From contig NBNH01000347.1 in NCBI GenBank assembly GCA_004379115.1, forward strand, positions 1 to 59,256: 59,256 nt of DNA, read 5' to 3'. The number at the start of each line of letters is the position of its first letter. Within the stretch, counting starts at the first letter, position 1. A program made the translations under genes and the position numbers. This DNA is from Actinomycetales bacterium mxb001. Lineage in GTDB: Bacteria > Actinomycetota > Actinomycetes > S36-B12. A model generated the notes under the pieces. It was not told where the DNA came from. It did no database searches and saw only the letters and a program-made list of their open reading frames with translations. Below are positions 58,358-59,256 of the stretch, in pieces.

Positions 58358-58369
58358 GGGGGGGGGGGG
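58358..58369 (+). repeat. Homopolymeric G12 tract, 6 nt upstream of the ATG at 58376
   Basis: Counted directly: ...aactca G12 tactca ATG. Confidence 0.95.
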
Positions 58370-58375
58370 TACTCA

Positions 58376-59092
58376 ATGCGTAGTTCTGTGCGACCACTTG
58401 CCTATGGCGACTTGGTCATCGACACCGACGCTTGGGAGGTCCGTCTACGAGGTGATGTCGTTGACCTCACCAAGACAGAGTTCGAGATCTTGACCACGCT
58501 CGCGATGAACCCGCGCAAGGTCATCACCGACGAGGACCTGACCCGGATCGTATGGGGTGCCAACTGGTTTGGTGATGACGGCAACCTCGCGGTGCACATC
58601 AGCAAACTTCGCCACAAATTGGGCGAGTCTGGGATGCAGCCGCGCTATATCCGCACCGTCCGGGGTGTGGGCTACCGCTTCGATCCGGGTGCGACACCTC
58701 TGACCGACGTCCTGTTAGAGGCCTATGAGGCATTGCGAGCCAACCCCGCCATGGTCGAGATCGTTGCGGATCACGAACTTGTCGTCGCGGAGGTCCACAC
58801 CGAACTGCCGGAGATCCTGGGCTGGCGCACCGATGGACTCCTCGGCGGGCGCATTCCCTTCCTGGCCAATCCGCGGCTGCGCGATCCAGCCACAGCTCGC
58901 CTTGAGATCGAAGGCCTCCTAGCCCGAGGCTTTCGCTGGTGGTCGGGATCGCGGGACTTGCCGCACGCTGACGGAAGGTGGCTCCCGGCCGACTTCGTGA
59001 CACAGGTACTCACGACGCCCGATGGCGAACTCGTCGGTGTCCGCTTCGTCTTCGTGGTCGGGGGGGGGGGGGGGGCCCCGTTGTTCCCCTAA
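58376..59092 (+). CDS. Receiver-less OmpR/PhoB-type winged-helix DNA-binding protein with C-terminal PAS-like domain (3-prime end unreliable)
   Basis: LTKTEFEILTTLAMNPRKVIT...LAVHISKLRHKL...IRTVRGVGYRF. The C-terminal about 130 aa look PAS-like. The last codons (VVGGGGGAPLFP) are read through a G16 tract. Confidence 0.6.
   Translation: MRSSVRPLAYGDLVIDTDAWEVRLRGDVVDLTKTEFEILTTLAMNPRKVITDEDLTRIVWGANWFGDDGNLAVHISKLRHKLGESGMQPRYIRTVRGVGYRFDPGATPLTDVLLEAYEALRANPAMVEIVADHELVVAEVHTELPEILGWRTDGLLGGRIPFLANPRLRDPATARLEIEGLLARGFRWWSGSRDLPHADGRWLPADFVTQVLTTPDGELVGVRFVFVVGGGGGAPLFP
59060..59075 (+). repeat. Homopolymeric G16 tract inside the 3-prime end of the regulator ORF
   Basis: Counted directly. 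Confidence 0.95.
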
Positions 59093-59256
59093 CATTGACG
59101 CCAGGGGGTTTCTGGGGTGGGGGCTTGACCGCGGAACGCCCCGCAGCCCTCCCCCCCCCCGCCCCCAACGGGGGGCAGTCGTCCCCGGGGCCGCCCGTCC
59201 ACCGGGGGGCGGGCCTGAGCCAGAGGGGGTGTCGGGCAATTTGGGGCCCTGTAAAG
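59093..59256. other. G/C homopolymer-rich low-complexity terminal sequence (probable contig-end/sequencing artefact)
   Basis: Runs of G5, G4, G5, C10, C5, G6, C4, G4, G6 and so on. No coherent ORF, and the window ends here. Confidence 0.6.

Noticed and set aside
56985-59256. Looked for an integrase gene and a direct repeat of the tRNA-Tyr 3-prime end (att site) to define a genomic island
   Set aside because: Neither is visible before the window ends, so the islet is reported only as compositionally atypical and not as a mobile element.
1-59256. Scan for CRISPR arrays, IS/transposase genes, rRNA, toxin-antitoxin pairs and recognisable defence genes
   Set aside because: No regularly spaced repeats, transposase or integrase motifs, or defence-associated domains were recognised in any frame. 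The only RNA gene found is tRNA-Tyr.

Overview
High-GC actinobacterial chromosomal segment, mostly core respiratory and cofactor metabolism. The gene order resembles my recollection of the Mycobacterium tuberculosis Rv0496-Rv0562 block.

Order along the window:
- 5-prime-partial surface propeller/IPT protein, radA, a Cys-rich conserved protein, ppx/gppA, a P-type ATPase.
- Sugar-phosphate isomerase-like gene, TetR, proC, an AcuC/HDAC-like gene, a small HTH gene plus an unlisted 32-aa bS22 ribosomal protein ORF.
- Epimerase, acyltransferase, HAD-IB phosphatase, glutaredoxin-like gene, rex, and a cobA-hemD fusion with no hemA/C/B/L nearby.
- System II cytochrome c biogenesis: tlpA, ccdA, resB, ccsB.
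- Menaquinone genes menA/E/B/C/D/F/G, interrupted by an unusual TetR-ACT-like-GNAT fusion.
- A complete, translationally coupled nuoA-N operon, a polyprenyl synthase, an acyl-CoA dehydrogenase, a LuxR-type regulator, a rarD-like transporter and korAB.
- A yajQ-like gene, a HAD hydrolase and tRNA-Tyr.
- After the tRNA, a visibly lower-GC islet with a peptidase-MA-like secreted protein and a receiver-less winged-helix/PAS-like regulator. The window then ends in homopolymer-rich low-complexity sequence that is probably a contig-end artefact.

The best candidate for an undescribed system is a self-contained three-gene nuoB/nuoC/nuoI-like operon. It has no D, H or antiporter-like partners and is divergent from korAB.

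Other recurring signals:
- T-A-N3-T hexamers sit 6-7 nt upstream of 11 start codons, which fits leaderless transcripts.
- Five convergent gene pairs share a CTAG double stop.

No CRISPR array, IS element, integrase or rRNA was seen.
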